Assembly: GCA_013416795.1 (NCBI GenBank)
Contig: RQSC01000008.1
Location: 195,996-243,456 of the forward strand
Direction of reading: 5' to 3'
DNA: 47,461 nt
From: Prasinococcaceae sp. CCMP 1430
Lineage: Eukaryota; Plantae; Prasinodermophyta
Shown: positions 31,489 through 42,760 of the stretch, one piece after another
Numbering within the stretch: the first letter of the stretch is position 1
How the letters are laid out: every line of letters begins with the position of its first letter
The notes under the pieces: generated by a model
Database searches by the model: none
Told to the model about the DNA's origin: nothing
Seen by the model: only the letters and a program-made list of their open reading frames with translations
Translations under genes and position numbers: made by a program

Positions 31489-32439
31489 ATGCGCCCGAGG
31501 TGTGCTGCTGCCGCCACACACACGCCACGCGCGCGCAGGCGCGACGCGCGGCGTCCGCCGCCCCTGCTCGCGCTGCGCCGCGCCGCGCACAGCGAGCGCG
31601 CCGGCACGTTCGCGGCCGAGGCGTCCGCGGCGTTCGCGAGCATCGGCGAGCTCGCTGCGTACACGCGCGCGCGCGCGCGCGACTACGCCGCGGAGGGGCG
31701 CCTCGGCGAGGGCGAGCGCGACGAGATCGAGCGTGAGGCGGGCGAGTTCGCCGCGGCGTGCCGGCAGCGCGTTGACATGCTTAAGGATGCTGCCGAGGCG
31801 GGGGCAGGGGCGAGGGGAAAGGCGGGGCGAGGTGCGGACGCGCGCGCGCACGCCCTCGGCGCGGTGCTGGCGCTCAACGAGCGGCTCATGGAGGCCACGG
31901 AAGCGTTTGACGCTCTACGGGCCGCGCGCTGTGCGGCTGCGCTGCGCCGCAACGCTGCGTCCGGCTGTTCGGGAACCGCGGCGGCATACTTTGCGCGCGC
32001 GGAGGGCGCTGCGGGGGTCGCCGCAGCGCTAAAGGCAACGGGTGGCGGCGCGCGGCTCGACGCGCGAGCCGTCGCATTGGAGCAGGAACGCGAGCGGGAG
32101 GGCGAACACAGCAGCGAGACGCAGCAGCAGCAGCATGCAGAAATGGTGCATGCGATACACAAGGACCTGGCCGATACGCTGGCGTCGTCCAGACAGGCCG
32201 AGAGATCGGCGCTCGAGCTGCAGGCGATGAGCACCATTCTTAGCACAAATGTCGCGAAGCAGGCCGAGCAGATCGAGGCGCTCTACCAGAACGCGCTGCA
32301 GACGAGCGCCAACCTCAAGGCGGGCAACGTGCAACTCGAAAAGGCGAAGGAGCGCACGGGGCAGGCGACGCGCTACAGCGTGTGGGTGATGGTCATCGCC
32401 GGCCTCGTGCTGCTACTCATGGACTGGCTCACGCCATGA
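31489..32439 (+). CDS. SYP81: Syntaxin-18/SYP81/Ufe1 family ER Qa-SNARE; start approximate
   Basis: ERDEIEREAGEFAAACRQRVDML (Habc), SNARE helix QAERSALELQAMSTILSTNVAKQAEQIEALY..GNVQLEKA, and a C-terminal TM ending LMDW. Confidence 0.85.
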   Translation: MRPRCAAAATHTPRARRRDARRPPPLLALRRAAHSERAGTFAAEASAAFASIGELAAYTRARARDYAAEGRLGEGERDEIEREAGEFAAACRQRVDMLKDAAEAGAGARGKAGRGADARAHALGAVLALNERLMEATEAFDALRAARCAAALRRNAASGCSGTAAAYFARAEGAAGVAAALKATGGGARLDARAVALEQEREREGEHSSETQQQQHAEMVHAIHKDLADTLASSRQAERSALELQAMSTILSTNVAKQAEQIEALYQNALQTSANLKAGNVQLEKAKERTGQATRYSVWVMVIAGLVLLLMDWLTP

Positions 32440-32457
32440 ATTCGGAGGATCTAATGC

Positions 32458-33296
32458 TCAGTTGCTTTGCTGGGCCATTGCGAGCGCCTCCATCATCGCC
32501 TCCGGGTCGCTTTCGTTCACATTGAGAATCTGCGGGCCGCCGCCGCCGCTCTGCACGACGACCTCGGGCTCGTTCTCGCACACGCGTGTCCAGTGGTTGG
32601 CGCTCCAGGTGGGGCGTGTCTTCACGAGCGTGACCACAAGCGTCCGCTCCTCAGGCCTGTCGCCGTCGTCCTCGAACGACCACACGCACTCGTCTGCGTC
32701 GAGCGACGCCGGCGTCGTGCCGTCGAGCACGCTCCCACCGTCTCCGAGCGTCGCCACGCTCAGCTTGATCGCCTTGGTCTTGAATACGCACGTCACGTGC
32801 TTCGACTTGGTCGCCTTGGGCACCTGCACGCGCACCTCTACTTCTGACTCGCTCTGCATCCACGTGTACCTGCCCGCGTCGCCACCCTTGGGCGCCTGGT
32901 TTGCGAGCTGCTCGTTGATGTAATCTTCCATCGCGACTGCTGCTTGCGCGCCTTCGGCCGTGCTCTCGATGGCTTCGGCCTCGGGTGCGTCATCCACGCC
33001 TGCGAGGCGAAGGCGCGTGGCGCGACGGCGTCAGCGCGCCACGGATCGAGATCGCGGCACGCGCATGCCCGCGAGCGCGCACACTTACCAGCGGGCACGT
33101 CCTCACCGCCACCTAGCCTTCCGCCCGCCATGCCGCGCTCCACGATTCGCCTCGCCTGCTCATGCATTCGCTTGCGTTCCTCGGGCGACATGATGCGGTA
33201 CCAGTAGAACGCCGCCGCCGCGCCACTCGCCAGCACGGCGCCAGCCGCCAGCTGCCAGAGCGCCGGCCCGCGGGCCGACCCTGCCTCGCCACCCAT
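32458..33296 (-). CDS. CS (p23/NudC-like) domain protein with N-terminal membrane anchor; intron 33000-33088
   Basis: Exon 1 LWQLAAGAVLASGAAAAFYWY; G|GTAAGT donor; exon 2 RYTWMQSESEVEVRVQVP..CVWSFED..TLVVTLVKT..HWTRV. Confidence 0.82.
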
Positions 33297-33344
33297 AGCG
33301 ACCGCCACCACCTACCACCCCCTGTTCCACCCCTCTGCGCGCAG

Positions 33345-34961
<1,617 letters not shown>

Positions 34962-35209
34962 GCTCGTCGACTGGCAGGGACCTGCTCCTCCACACGAAAC
35001 ACAGCGCGCGCGCTTCCATTCTTCCACTGGGCCCCGCACGACATCGCACGCCCCGGCATTCAACGCTGCATCGCCGGCCGCTCCCGCCGCTTGAGGCGAC
35101 AGGGGGCGAGCCTGCGATGCCCCTCGCATCCGCCCACGCGCGCGGCGCCCACCATTCTTTTTTGACCGCCCCACCCACCCACGCACCCACCCTGAGCGCG
35201 CTCGTGCAC

Positions 35210-35214
35210 TGTAA
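35210..35214 (+). terminator. TGTAA polyadenylation signal of HPPD
   Basis: TGTAA about 250 nt after the HPPD stop. Confidence 0.55.
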
Positions 35215-36726
35215 ACACTGAACTACCGAAGCTTGTACGTCAGACGGGATGCCCGCTTCTGGCAAGCGCACAGCGCGACCTCCTGTGCCGTCCTTACGCC
35301 GTCTGTCCTCGTCGTACCTGGACCTGGCGCCGCGCCTCTCGCCGATCTGGCCGCGATCCGGATCGCACGGAGCGGCCCGCCGGTGACCGGCCCGAAGCCC
35401 ACGAGCACCGGCCCGAGGCAGGCCGCGGGCCCACGTGGTCGCGCGTGTGTCCGTGCCATCCAGCTCAGCAGACGCGTCGTGGCGCCGCGCGTGGTGTGCG
35501 TCTGCTGTCTGCAGTTTGCGCGTGGGCGTTGACGCACGCCGCAGGCGGGAGCGCGGCGTTCGAGGTTGATGATCACCCGGCCCGTTACGACCCGCGCCCG
35601 GCGAGCGGCGTGCGCGGCAACTCCGCAGGGAGCCACACCGCGCTGTTGCCGCCAGCGCCCGGCGAGCCGTTTTGGCACAGCCGGCCGGAGATTTTGGCAG
35701 ATTTGGTGCGCGGCTTTTGACAGCGCCCCGCTGCTAGCGCAGGTCTAAGAAGGAGTCCTCTTGTGATGCGGTGCCAAAGCGATGAGCGAGGGGAGGGGCG
35801 TGGGTGGTCGCCCGGGCGGCCGTGCGACGGCCCACGTCTCGAGCAGGGCCCCGACCGAGGCGGCCGCAATCGTCCGCTTGGCGGAGGTATTGACCACGTT
35901 ACTCATGTGCCGCGCCGCGGGCGACCCACTCGAGCCCGAAGAGGTCGCTCATTGGTGCGACGTTCTTCGTCTTGGTCTGCTTCCCGCCCGCCCCTGACTG
36001 AGTGACTGCGAAACATTGGAGGCGTCCCACCCGTCGGTGGGACCGGGCACGTGTCCGCGTGCAGCACTGGTGGGACCGCCGTCCGCCGCCGCGCCGGGCC
36101 GTCCCGCGGCGCGCGCGGATCGGAAACGGATCGTTTCCTGCGCTCGCAGCCCCACGCGCCGCGCAGCGCCGCGCTCGCGCCGCGCGCTCGCGCGCCGCGC
36201 CGCCTCCCATCCGCGGCCCAGTCAAAAAATATCCCGACCGGACCACCCAAACCAACCGCTTCAACAACCAGTCAACCACCCACCAGCCACAGCTGCAGCC
36301 GGCCGGAGGCCGTCGGGGCGCCGCCGCGCCCGCGAATTCGGCCGGATTTTGTCGAACACAATTCTTTTTGTTGGGAGATCGGTTTGCAATGGATTTTGAT
36401 GGGCGTTTTTTTTGGCCCGTCGACCGTTTCGGCGCGCGCGGGCGGCCGCGGCGGCGCCTGATCCGATCGGCCCATTAAGAGCTCGGAGGCCGACCCCAAG
36501 ACCGAGCNGCAACCGCCTCCCCCTTTTCGGCGCGCCGCGCCACGCACGCATCGGAAAGCGCGCGCGTGCTCGCACTTTCATCGCGCGAGCCGAGGCGGCG
36601 GCGCATCCGGCGAGCGGCGGACGGCAGGCGGGGCGCCCTCCCCCCCCTCCCACGTCCCCATCCATCCCCCTCCCTACCAAGCAGCGATCACGGAACGCAG
36701 CAGCCGCGTCGCGCGCGACGATCTCA

Positions 36727-37785
36727 ATGGCGCCACCGGAGGCGACGGGCGATGGGCCCGGGGCGGCGCTCACCGTGCAGCAGCAGGAGGCCTACCTGTT
36801 CCAGCGGATGCCCAAACACCAGCAGCAGGAGCAGGGAGCGGGCGAGCGGGCGGGGCAGCGCGTCGTGCTGCAGCAGGCGAGGCAGACGGCGGCGGACAGA
36901 AGGGTGCAGGGGAACGCGCGCGATCACGCGGCAGGCGGGTGGCATGATGAGGCGGCCCTGCGCGTGCGAGCTCTGCTCGCGGCCGACGCCGCCTGGGGGC
37001 GCCCCCGTCCGGCAGCGGGCGGCGCGCTGCGGCAGTTGAGGCCGGAGCTCGCCGCGTGGGCGTGGGAGCTGGGCAGCGCGCTCGAGCTCTCGAGCGAGTC
37101 GGTGCACATGGCGATGGTGATCGTAGACCACCAATGCACGCGCATGCGCGTGATCAGGCCCAATCTCCAGATGTCGCTGGTGGCCGCCGTGCGCATCGCC
37201 ACCAGGGCGGCGGACGAGAACGTGCCGTCGGCCGAGCAGCTCTCCGAGATGACCGCAGGCACGTACTCGCCGCGGCTGATCCTTGCGACGGAGGAGAAGA
37301 TTCGCGCGGTGCTCGCCCTCACCGACGCCGTCAAGCCTGCGCTCGCACCGCCGCTGGGCGGGGAGGGTGCCGAGGGGAACCCGGCGCGCGCGAGGCTGCC
37401 GCCTCACGCGCTGGAGGCGCTCGACGCGCTCAGCGAGTACGCGGGCGTGACGGCGGACAGGCGCGCGGAAGAGACCGCGCGGCGCGTGCTCAACCAGGCC
37501 CTGTGCGTGAGCGACCTGGCGATGAACATCCCCACGACGGAGCTGGCCGCCGCGGCGCTGCTGTGTGCAGAGAGCGCGGACGCGCGCGCGGTGACCTCCG
37601 CCAACCTCGCGTCTGCGCTCGGCCTGCCGGCGGCGAGGCTGCACGCGATGTGCGAGCGCGTCGGCGATGCCGCGAGCATGATGCCGCCTGTCAAGGATCG
37701 GCACATCAGCCCGCGCAGCCCCATTGGCAGCCTCTGCCTGTTCGACGGCGATTCGGACGACGGCTGCCGCGAGCGCGAGTGCTGA
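36727..37785 (+). CDS. Divergent cyclin (N- and C-terminal cyclin folds)
   Basis: LRPELAAWAWELGSALELSSESVHMAMVIVDH..NLQMSLVAAVRIATRAADE..TAGTYSPRLILATEEKI aligns with the cyclin box (MRAILVDW..ETLYLAVNYLD..LQLVG..IASKYEE..YT...ILxME). Second fold PTTELAAAALL; tail SPRSPIG. Confidence 0.85.
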   Translation: MAPPEATGDGPGAALTVQQQEAYLFQRMPKHQQQEQGAGERAGQRVVLQQARQTAADRRVQGNARDHAAGGWHDEAALRVRALLAADAAWGRPRPAAGGALRQLRPELAAWAWELGSALELSSESVHMAMVIVDHQCTRMRVIRPNLQMSLVAAVRIATRAADENVPSAEQLSEMTAGTYSPRLILATEEKIRAVLALTDAVKPALAPPLGGEGAEGNPARARLPPHALEALDALSEYAGVTADRRAEETARRVLNQALCVSDLAMNIPTTELAAAALLCAESADARAVTSANLASALGLPAARLHAMCERVGDAASMMPPVKDRHISPRSPIGSLCLFDGDSDDGCREREC

Positions 37786-38336
37786 TGGCCAGCTACGCCT
37801 GCGTGGTGATCCCCTCGAGAGACACAGGGATGGGAGGGAGAGGGACAGGGAGAGATTGAGATTATGACGGCCACATCGACGACTGCTCCGGGGCTGGGAC
37901 GCGCGCGCGCGCGCGCGGCCGACTGCGGAGCGGCGCACCACCGAATGGTACAAGCCGCCGACCGCACGGGCAGATCGCGGCAGCGGTCAGATCTCCTTTC
38001 GTTTCATGCCGCAACTACTACAGTGGCCTCTATTGGCACACCACACTTCCGCCAGCCGATTGCCTTTGGCCCCCTGCACGGCAGGGGGGGGGGGCGAGTC
38101 CACGGCGGAAGAGACCTTCTTCAGCATCTGGCGCGGGTGGGGCGGCTCGCGGAGGGCGAGCTGCTTCCCCGCCTCACAGGGCTTGCACATTCATACACCT
38201 ACCCATGCCACCCACCGCCGTGGCAGGGCTGCACCGGACCACTCCGCCGATGCCACGCGATGGCGGGCAGCGGCGAAAACGACTACAATAACTCGCGGCG
38301 ACGCGAAGGCAGCTCTGCACAGTGTTGGCTACTCCG

Positions 38337-38341
38337 TGTAA
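38337..38341 (+). terminator. TGTAA, probable cyclin poly(A) signal
   Basis: First TGTAA downstream of the cyclin stop; faces the opposite-strand signal at 38483-38487. Confidence 0.45.
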
Positions 38342-38482
38342 TGATCTAGACCTTTGACCGGAAGACGGCCTCGAGAGGCTCCAGCACGCAAGCTCGCGCT
38401 CGCAGCGACTCGGGGCTTGAGGCACAGGTGGCACTCGCGCCCGCAACGGTGGCCCGGGTGGCGTTTCGCTCAGACGATGTTC

Positions 38483-38487
38483 TTACA
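38483..38487 (-). terminator. TGTAA (minus strand), probable CDK-inhibitor poly(A) signal
   Basis: TTACA on the plus strand, about 370 nt beyond the inhibitor stop. Confidence 0.45.
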
Positions 38488-38854
38488 TACTAGTGGAGGT
38501 TTCTCACCTCACCGCATGATGCTATCCTTAGTGGTTGTTTGGTGCCACGTACGTCTCTACTACGTTTCGAAATGTGCCGTGAGTCAGGGTGCAGAGCCTC
38601 TTCTTCGCTCGATCGATCGGCCGAGTGGTCGCTCGACGATCGCTTCGTGCACGTGGCTGCCCTCGTCTCGAAGTGCGCGCGGGCGCGTGTGCCGTGTGCC
38701 CCGTCCACGCAGCTGGCCTCTCAACGTCTCCGCGCCAGCTCGTCTTGGGTCCCAAGGTGTCGATGTCGTTCTGCTTGAATACACTGTTGTACAACTGCGA
38801 GTTCTGTCTATGGTGCCAAAGGGCAGGCGCATTGGGGGACGGCTCCCACCGCCC

Positions 38855-39184
38855 TCACTCGCCCACCGTGCTCCACTCCCAGCCCGTCTGCGCGGCCGTC
38901 TGTGTGGGTCGCTCGGTGCGCACGTCGAAGCCCCACCTCGCCGCGAAGCGCTCGGCCTCCTCGGCCTCCGCGGCACCGAAGAACTCGTCGAGCTCGGCCT
39001 GCGTGGGCCCGCGCCCGAACAGGGGGCGCGCGACGTGCCGCACGGGCTTGGGCGAGGGCGCGACCGTGCGCCCCAGCCGCACGTGCAAGGCCGGCAACGC
39101 CGGCAGCACTGGCGGCTGCGCTGGCGCCGCGCCGCGCCGCGCCGCGGCGGCAACTGCGGCCGCCTCCAGCTCCGCGTCCGGCTG
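38855..39184 (-). CDS. KRP: Cyclin-dependent kinase inhibitor (KRP/ICK-Cip/Kip CDI domain), terminal exon
   Basis: VARPLFGRGPTQAELDEFFGAAEAEEAERFAARWGFDVRTERP..GWEWSTVGE*. Pyrimidine-rich CAG|CAG acceptor at ~39185 with CTGAC branch upstream; 5' exon(s) unresolved. Confidence 0.88.
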   Translation of the reverse strand, partial: QPDAELEAAAVAAAARRGAAPAQPPVLPALPALHVRLGRTVAPSPKPVRHVARPLFGRGPTQAELDEFFGAAEAEEAERFAARWGFDVRTERPTQTAAQTGWEWSTVGE

Positions 39185-39530
39185 CTGCGGGAAGGACAAG
39201 GGGGTGAAGGTGTGGGGGGAGGGGCCGCATGGGCGAGTCAGCTCCTTCGCATCGGCACGCCGCCCGTCCATCGCATCCTCTCTCTCTCTTTCCCTCCCTA
39301 CTCCTGCCCCTGACCCCCCCGGCACTTCCTGCAGAGCGCCCCCCCTCATCTCCCCCCCCCCCCTTCCCTCTTTCGAGCTTTCCCGTCTGGACCTGATCTC
39401 CATCCCCCTCTCCCAAATGATTGGCGCGCCGTTTCGCGAAACGGCGCGCGCGCGCCCCTTCGTTTCGCGCGCGCGCGCGGCATATTCCGCGCGGGTGCGA
39501 ACGCGGCGCTCCCCGCTGCCTCGTCGACGG

Positions 39531-40436
39531 NNNNNNNNNNNNNNNNNNNNNNNNNNNNNNNNNNNNNNNNNNNNNNNNNNNNNNNNNNNNNNNNNNNNNN
39601 NNNNNNNNNNNNNNNNNNNNNNNNNNNNNNNNNNNNNNNNNNNNNNNNNNNNNNNNNNNNNNNNNNNNNNNNNNNNNNNNNNNNNNNNNNNNNNNNNNNN
39701 NNNNNNNNNNNNNNNNNNNNNNNNNNNNNNNNNNNNNNNNNNNNNNNNNNNNNNNNNNNNNNNNNNNNNNNNNNNNNNNNNNNNNNNNNNNNNNNNNNNN
39801 NNNNNNNNNNNNNNNNNNNNNNNNNNNNNNNNNNNNNNNNNNNNNNNNNNNNNNNNNNNNNNNNNNNNNNNNNNNNNNNNNNNNNNNNNNNNNNNNNNNN
39901 NNNNNNNNNNNNNNNNNNNNNNNNNNNNNNNNNNNNNNNNNNNNNNNNNNNNNNNNNNNNNNNNNNNNNNNNNNNNNNNNNNNNNNNNNNNNNNNNNNNN
40001 NNNNNNNNNNNNNNNNNNNNNNNNNNNNNNNNNNNNNNNNNNNNNNNNNNNNNNNNNNNNNNNNNNNNNNNNNNNNNNNNNNNNNNNNNNNNNNNNNNNN
40101 NNNNNNNNNNNNNNNNNNNNNNNNNNNNNNNNNNNNNNNNNNNNNNNNNNNNNNNNNNNNNNNNNNNNNNNNNNNNNNNNNNNNNNNNNNNNNNNNNNNN
40201 NNNNNNNNNNNNNNNNNNNNNNNNNNNNNNNNNNNNNNNNNNNNNNNNNNNNNNNNNNNNNNNNNNNNNNNNNNNNNNNNNNNNNNNNNNNNNNNNNNNN
40301 NNNNNNNNNNNNNNNNNNNNNNNNNNNNNNNNNNNNNNNNNNNNNNNNNNNNNNNNNNNNNNNNNNNNNNNNNNNNNNNNNNNNNNNNNNNNNNNNNNNN
40401 NNNNNNNNNNNNNNNNNNNNNNNNNNNNNNNNNNNC
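39531..40436. other. Assembly gap (~906 N)
   Basis: Run of N. Confidence 1.
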
Positions 40437-40440
40437 ACAC

Positions 40441-40535
<95 letters not shown>

Positions 40536-40560
40536 CACACACACACGCACACACACACAC
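40437..40560. repeat. (CA)n microsatellite, at least 60 units, running into the gap
   Basis: Directly visible; probably caused the gap. Confidence 0.97.
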
Positions 40561-40602
40561 GCATGCGTATGTGCTGACGGCGGCAGCCGCGCCACACCGC
40601 AG

Positions 40603-40678
40603 CGGGCAGTGGGACCCGCGCGAGACCTACAAGGCAGGCGAGGGCTTCGGCGACATAGAGAAGAGGCGGGGATACTGA
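40603..40678 (+). CDS. Probable terminal exon of an unknown gene hidden in the gap (GQWDPRETYKAGEGFGDIEKRRGY*)
   Basis: GCTGAC branch and CACCGCAG acceptor directly after the CA tract, then coding-like codons ending in TGA 40676-40678. Confidence 0.45.
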
Positions 40679-41211
40679 GGGAGCTTGCGCAGCGCGCGCG
40701 CGCGCGCGCGCGCGCGCGCGCAAAACCGCGCCCGCCCTCGCGATGATGACACGTCCACGTGTTTTTTTTAACGCCCACGCCACGGGGGAGCCGGGAGGGG
40801 GATGGGGATCGCCCCGCCGACCGCGCGGGCGCCCGCACGCGCGGCCGCGCGGGATAGCTGGCGAACGATCCCCGAGATTGTTCCGCGCGCGGATTGCGTC
40901 GGCGTTCCGTCCCCGCGGCGGGGAGGGCGCGCGACCAGCGACGAGGGGGGGGGGCGAACGAGCGGGATTTGTTTCGCGAAACAATCCGCGAGCGCGAGCG
41001 CGCGTTGATGGAGGGTTTTTGATGACGGGAACGATTCCATATGACGGACATCGGCGGCGAACCCGGCCGCGGGCGGGGGGGCGCGGATCGGCCGCCGATT
41101 TGCGGCGGATCTCAATTCGGTGGGGGGCGGCGCGCGTGAGGCCCGCGGCGGGGCGCGCCCGATCGACCCCCGCCGCGGATGGCTCCGCCCGGATTGTCCT
41201 GCCCGACGCAC

Positions 41212-41881
41212 CGTACACGTCGTCATCAATCTTCACCAGCCACTGCGCCCGCGACAGCAGCGGGTGGCGCGCTGCAGACGCGAAGAAGGTGCGCGTTTTG
41301 TGAGGCAAATTGCTGTAGCGCTCCGTAACGCCGTGCATGCGCATGAAGCCTCCATAGATGTCGACCTCTGCTTGCAGCGCTGCTTCGGCTTCCTGCGCTG
41401 TGATGTTACCTACTGGTGCGCTCGCATCGGCATCCCCTACAGCGAATCGCATGGCGATGCTGTGTCTCTCTTCAAATTTGGCCAGCGCGTCACGCGAGGC
41501 CGGGAACCACGTCGCGCGCAAGTTGGCTCGTCGAGCAGCGGAGCTTTCGCCAAAGCCAGTGAATACTGCGACGAAGGCCAGAATGTCCCCTTCGCTACGC
41601 GCGTGGGGCAGGACGGAGTCGGTGGTCCAGCCGCCACGACTGTCTCTGCGCGATGAGATCTCAGGCCCTCCCATTCCCAATAGGAGGCGGTGCGAACTTC
41701 TGCTTTCGATGCCCGCGCGGGCATCTCTGTTCTTACCCACCTGCCTCTGCGACGCCAAGAGCGTGCCTGTCGTCAATGCGAGTAGCACGAGCGCAGCGCC
41801 GTACATTGCGAGGCGAGAGAAGCCGCATCGCGCGCATCGCGCGAGGCGCGGGCCGTCCGCATGAGCCTCCAACGCCCGCAT
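41212..41881 (-). pseudogene. Second GT31 copy: exon 1 only in visible sequence (truncated paralog, or remainder in the gap)
   Basis: Clearly paralogous protein (RRANLRATWFPASRDALAKFEE..ERYSNLPHKTRTFF..WLVKIDDDVY) with the same G|GTGCGT donor; no exon-2 homology between 41210 and 40437. Confidence 0.7.
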
Positions 41882-42205
41882 ACCGCGAGCTACTGCCGCG
41901 CACGCGGCTCGGGCGGTGCCCAGCGCGACCCAAGCTCGAGCGACCGATGTCTGCGTGCCTCTCCCTGCACGCCGACTAGCCGATCGCTGCTGCCGCGCAA
42001 AAAAAAAGTTCCCCTACCCGACCACACGCGCGCCGCCGCCCGGGCCACGAACCCTGCGTGCGTGGCAGCGAGGGCGCTGTACGCTGCGGTGGCCGCCGCC
42101 GCCGCCATGCGCGCGCGGTGTGGCCGTCGGCGCCGTCGCGCCTACTCGAATTCAAATGCATATTGACCTTCGCTCGCGCGCGGGTGTTGGCGCCACATTG
42201 CGTTN

Positions 42206-42760
42206 CCGCGCTCGCGCGCCGGCGCGGCCGGCGGTGACGCTGCCGCAGCGGCGCCGGCGCCGTGGGGGCACCTCTCGCAGGCTGTGTACGCACTGTGGAC
42301 GGTCGCACCTGTCGGAGACGCGCCCAATGGGTGCGTGGTGACGTACGCCAACGCTGTGTCCATATCCCCGCGGCTGTTCATGGTCGCGCTGTACACGCAC
42401 ACGCTCACGCGTGAGAACTTCATCGCCGCAGGCGGTGGCGTCATGCAGCTGCTCGCACCCGCGCACTCACCGGCGGTGCACACGCTTGGCAAGACCTCGG
42501 GCCGCGACCTGGGAGACGAAGGCCAAAGCTCCAGCAAGCTGGACGCGCTACGAGAGCTGGGGCTCGAGACGCGCACGTGGAGAGGGCACACGGTACTCGC
42601 CGGAGGGTGCGGCACCTTCGAGCTGCGGCTGAAGGAGCTTCTGCCTGTCGACGGCGGCGACCACGACTTGGCGATTTGTGAGGTTGCTGCTGTGGATGAG
42701 AGCGAGCCCGCCGCCGCACCCCTTTGCACCGCCGCGCTGCGCGAGGCTGGCATACTCTGA
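42206..42760 (+). CDS. Flavin reductase-like FMN-binding split-barrel protein; start hidden near N42205
   Basis: PWGHLSQAVYALWT..TYANAVSISPRLFMVALY..TLTRENF..LGKTSGRD..GDHDLAICEV. TGTAA at 42778-42782 follows the stop. Confidence 0.85.
   Translation, partial: PRSRAGAAGGDAAAAAPAPWGHLSQAVYALWTVAPVGDAPNGCVVTYANAVSISPRLFMVALYTHTLTRENFIAAGGGVMQLLAPAHSPAVHTLGKTSGRDLGDEGQSSSKLDALRELGLETRTWRGHTVLAGGCGTFELRLKELLPVDGGDHDLAICEVAAVDESEPAAAPLCTAALREAGIL

Noticed and set aside
37987-38190. 67-aa minus-strand ORF with CxxC..HCxxC in the cyclin 3' region
   Set aside because: No splice, poly(A) or codon support; lies within the inferred cyclin 3' UTR.
38855-41881. 1008-aa ORF apparently fusing GT31 exon 1 to the CDK inhibitor
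   Set aside because: Artefact of translating through ~906 N and a (TG)n tract; the gap length is an estimate, and a splice donor and acceptor bound each real part.
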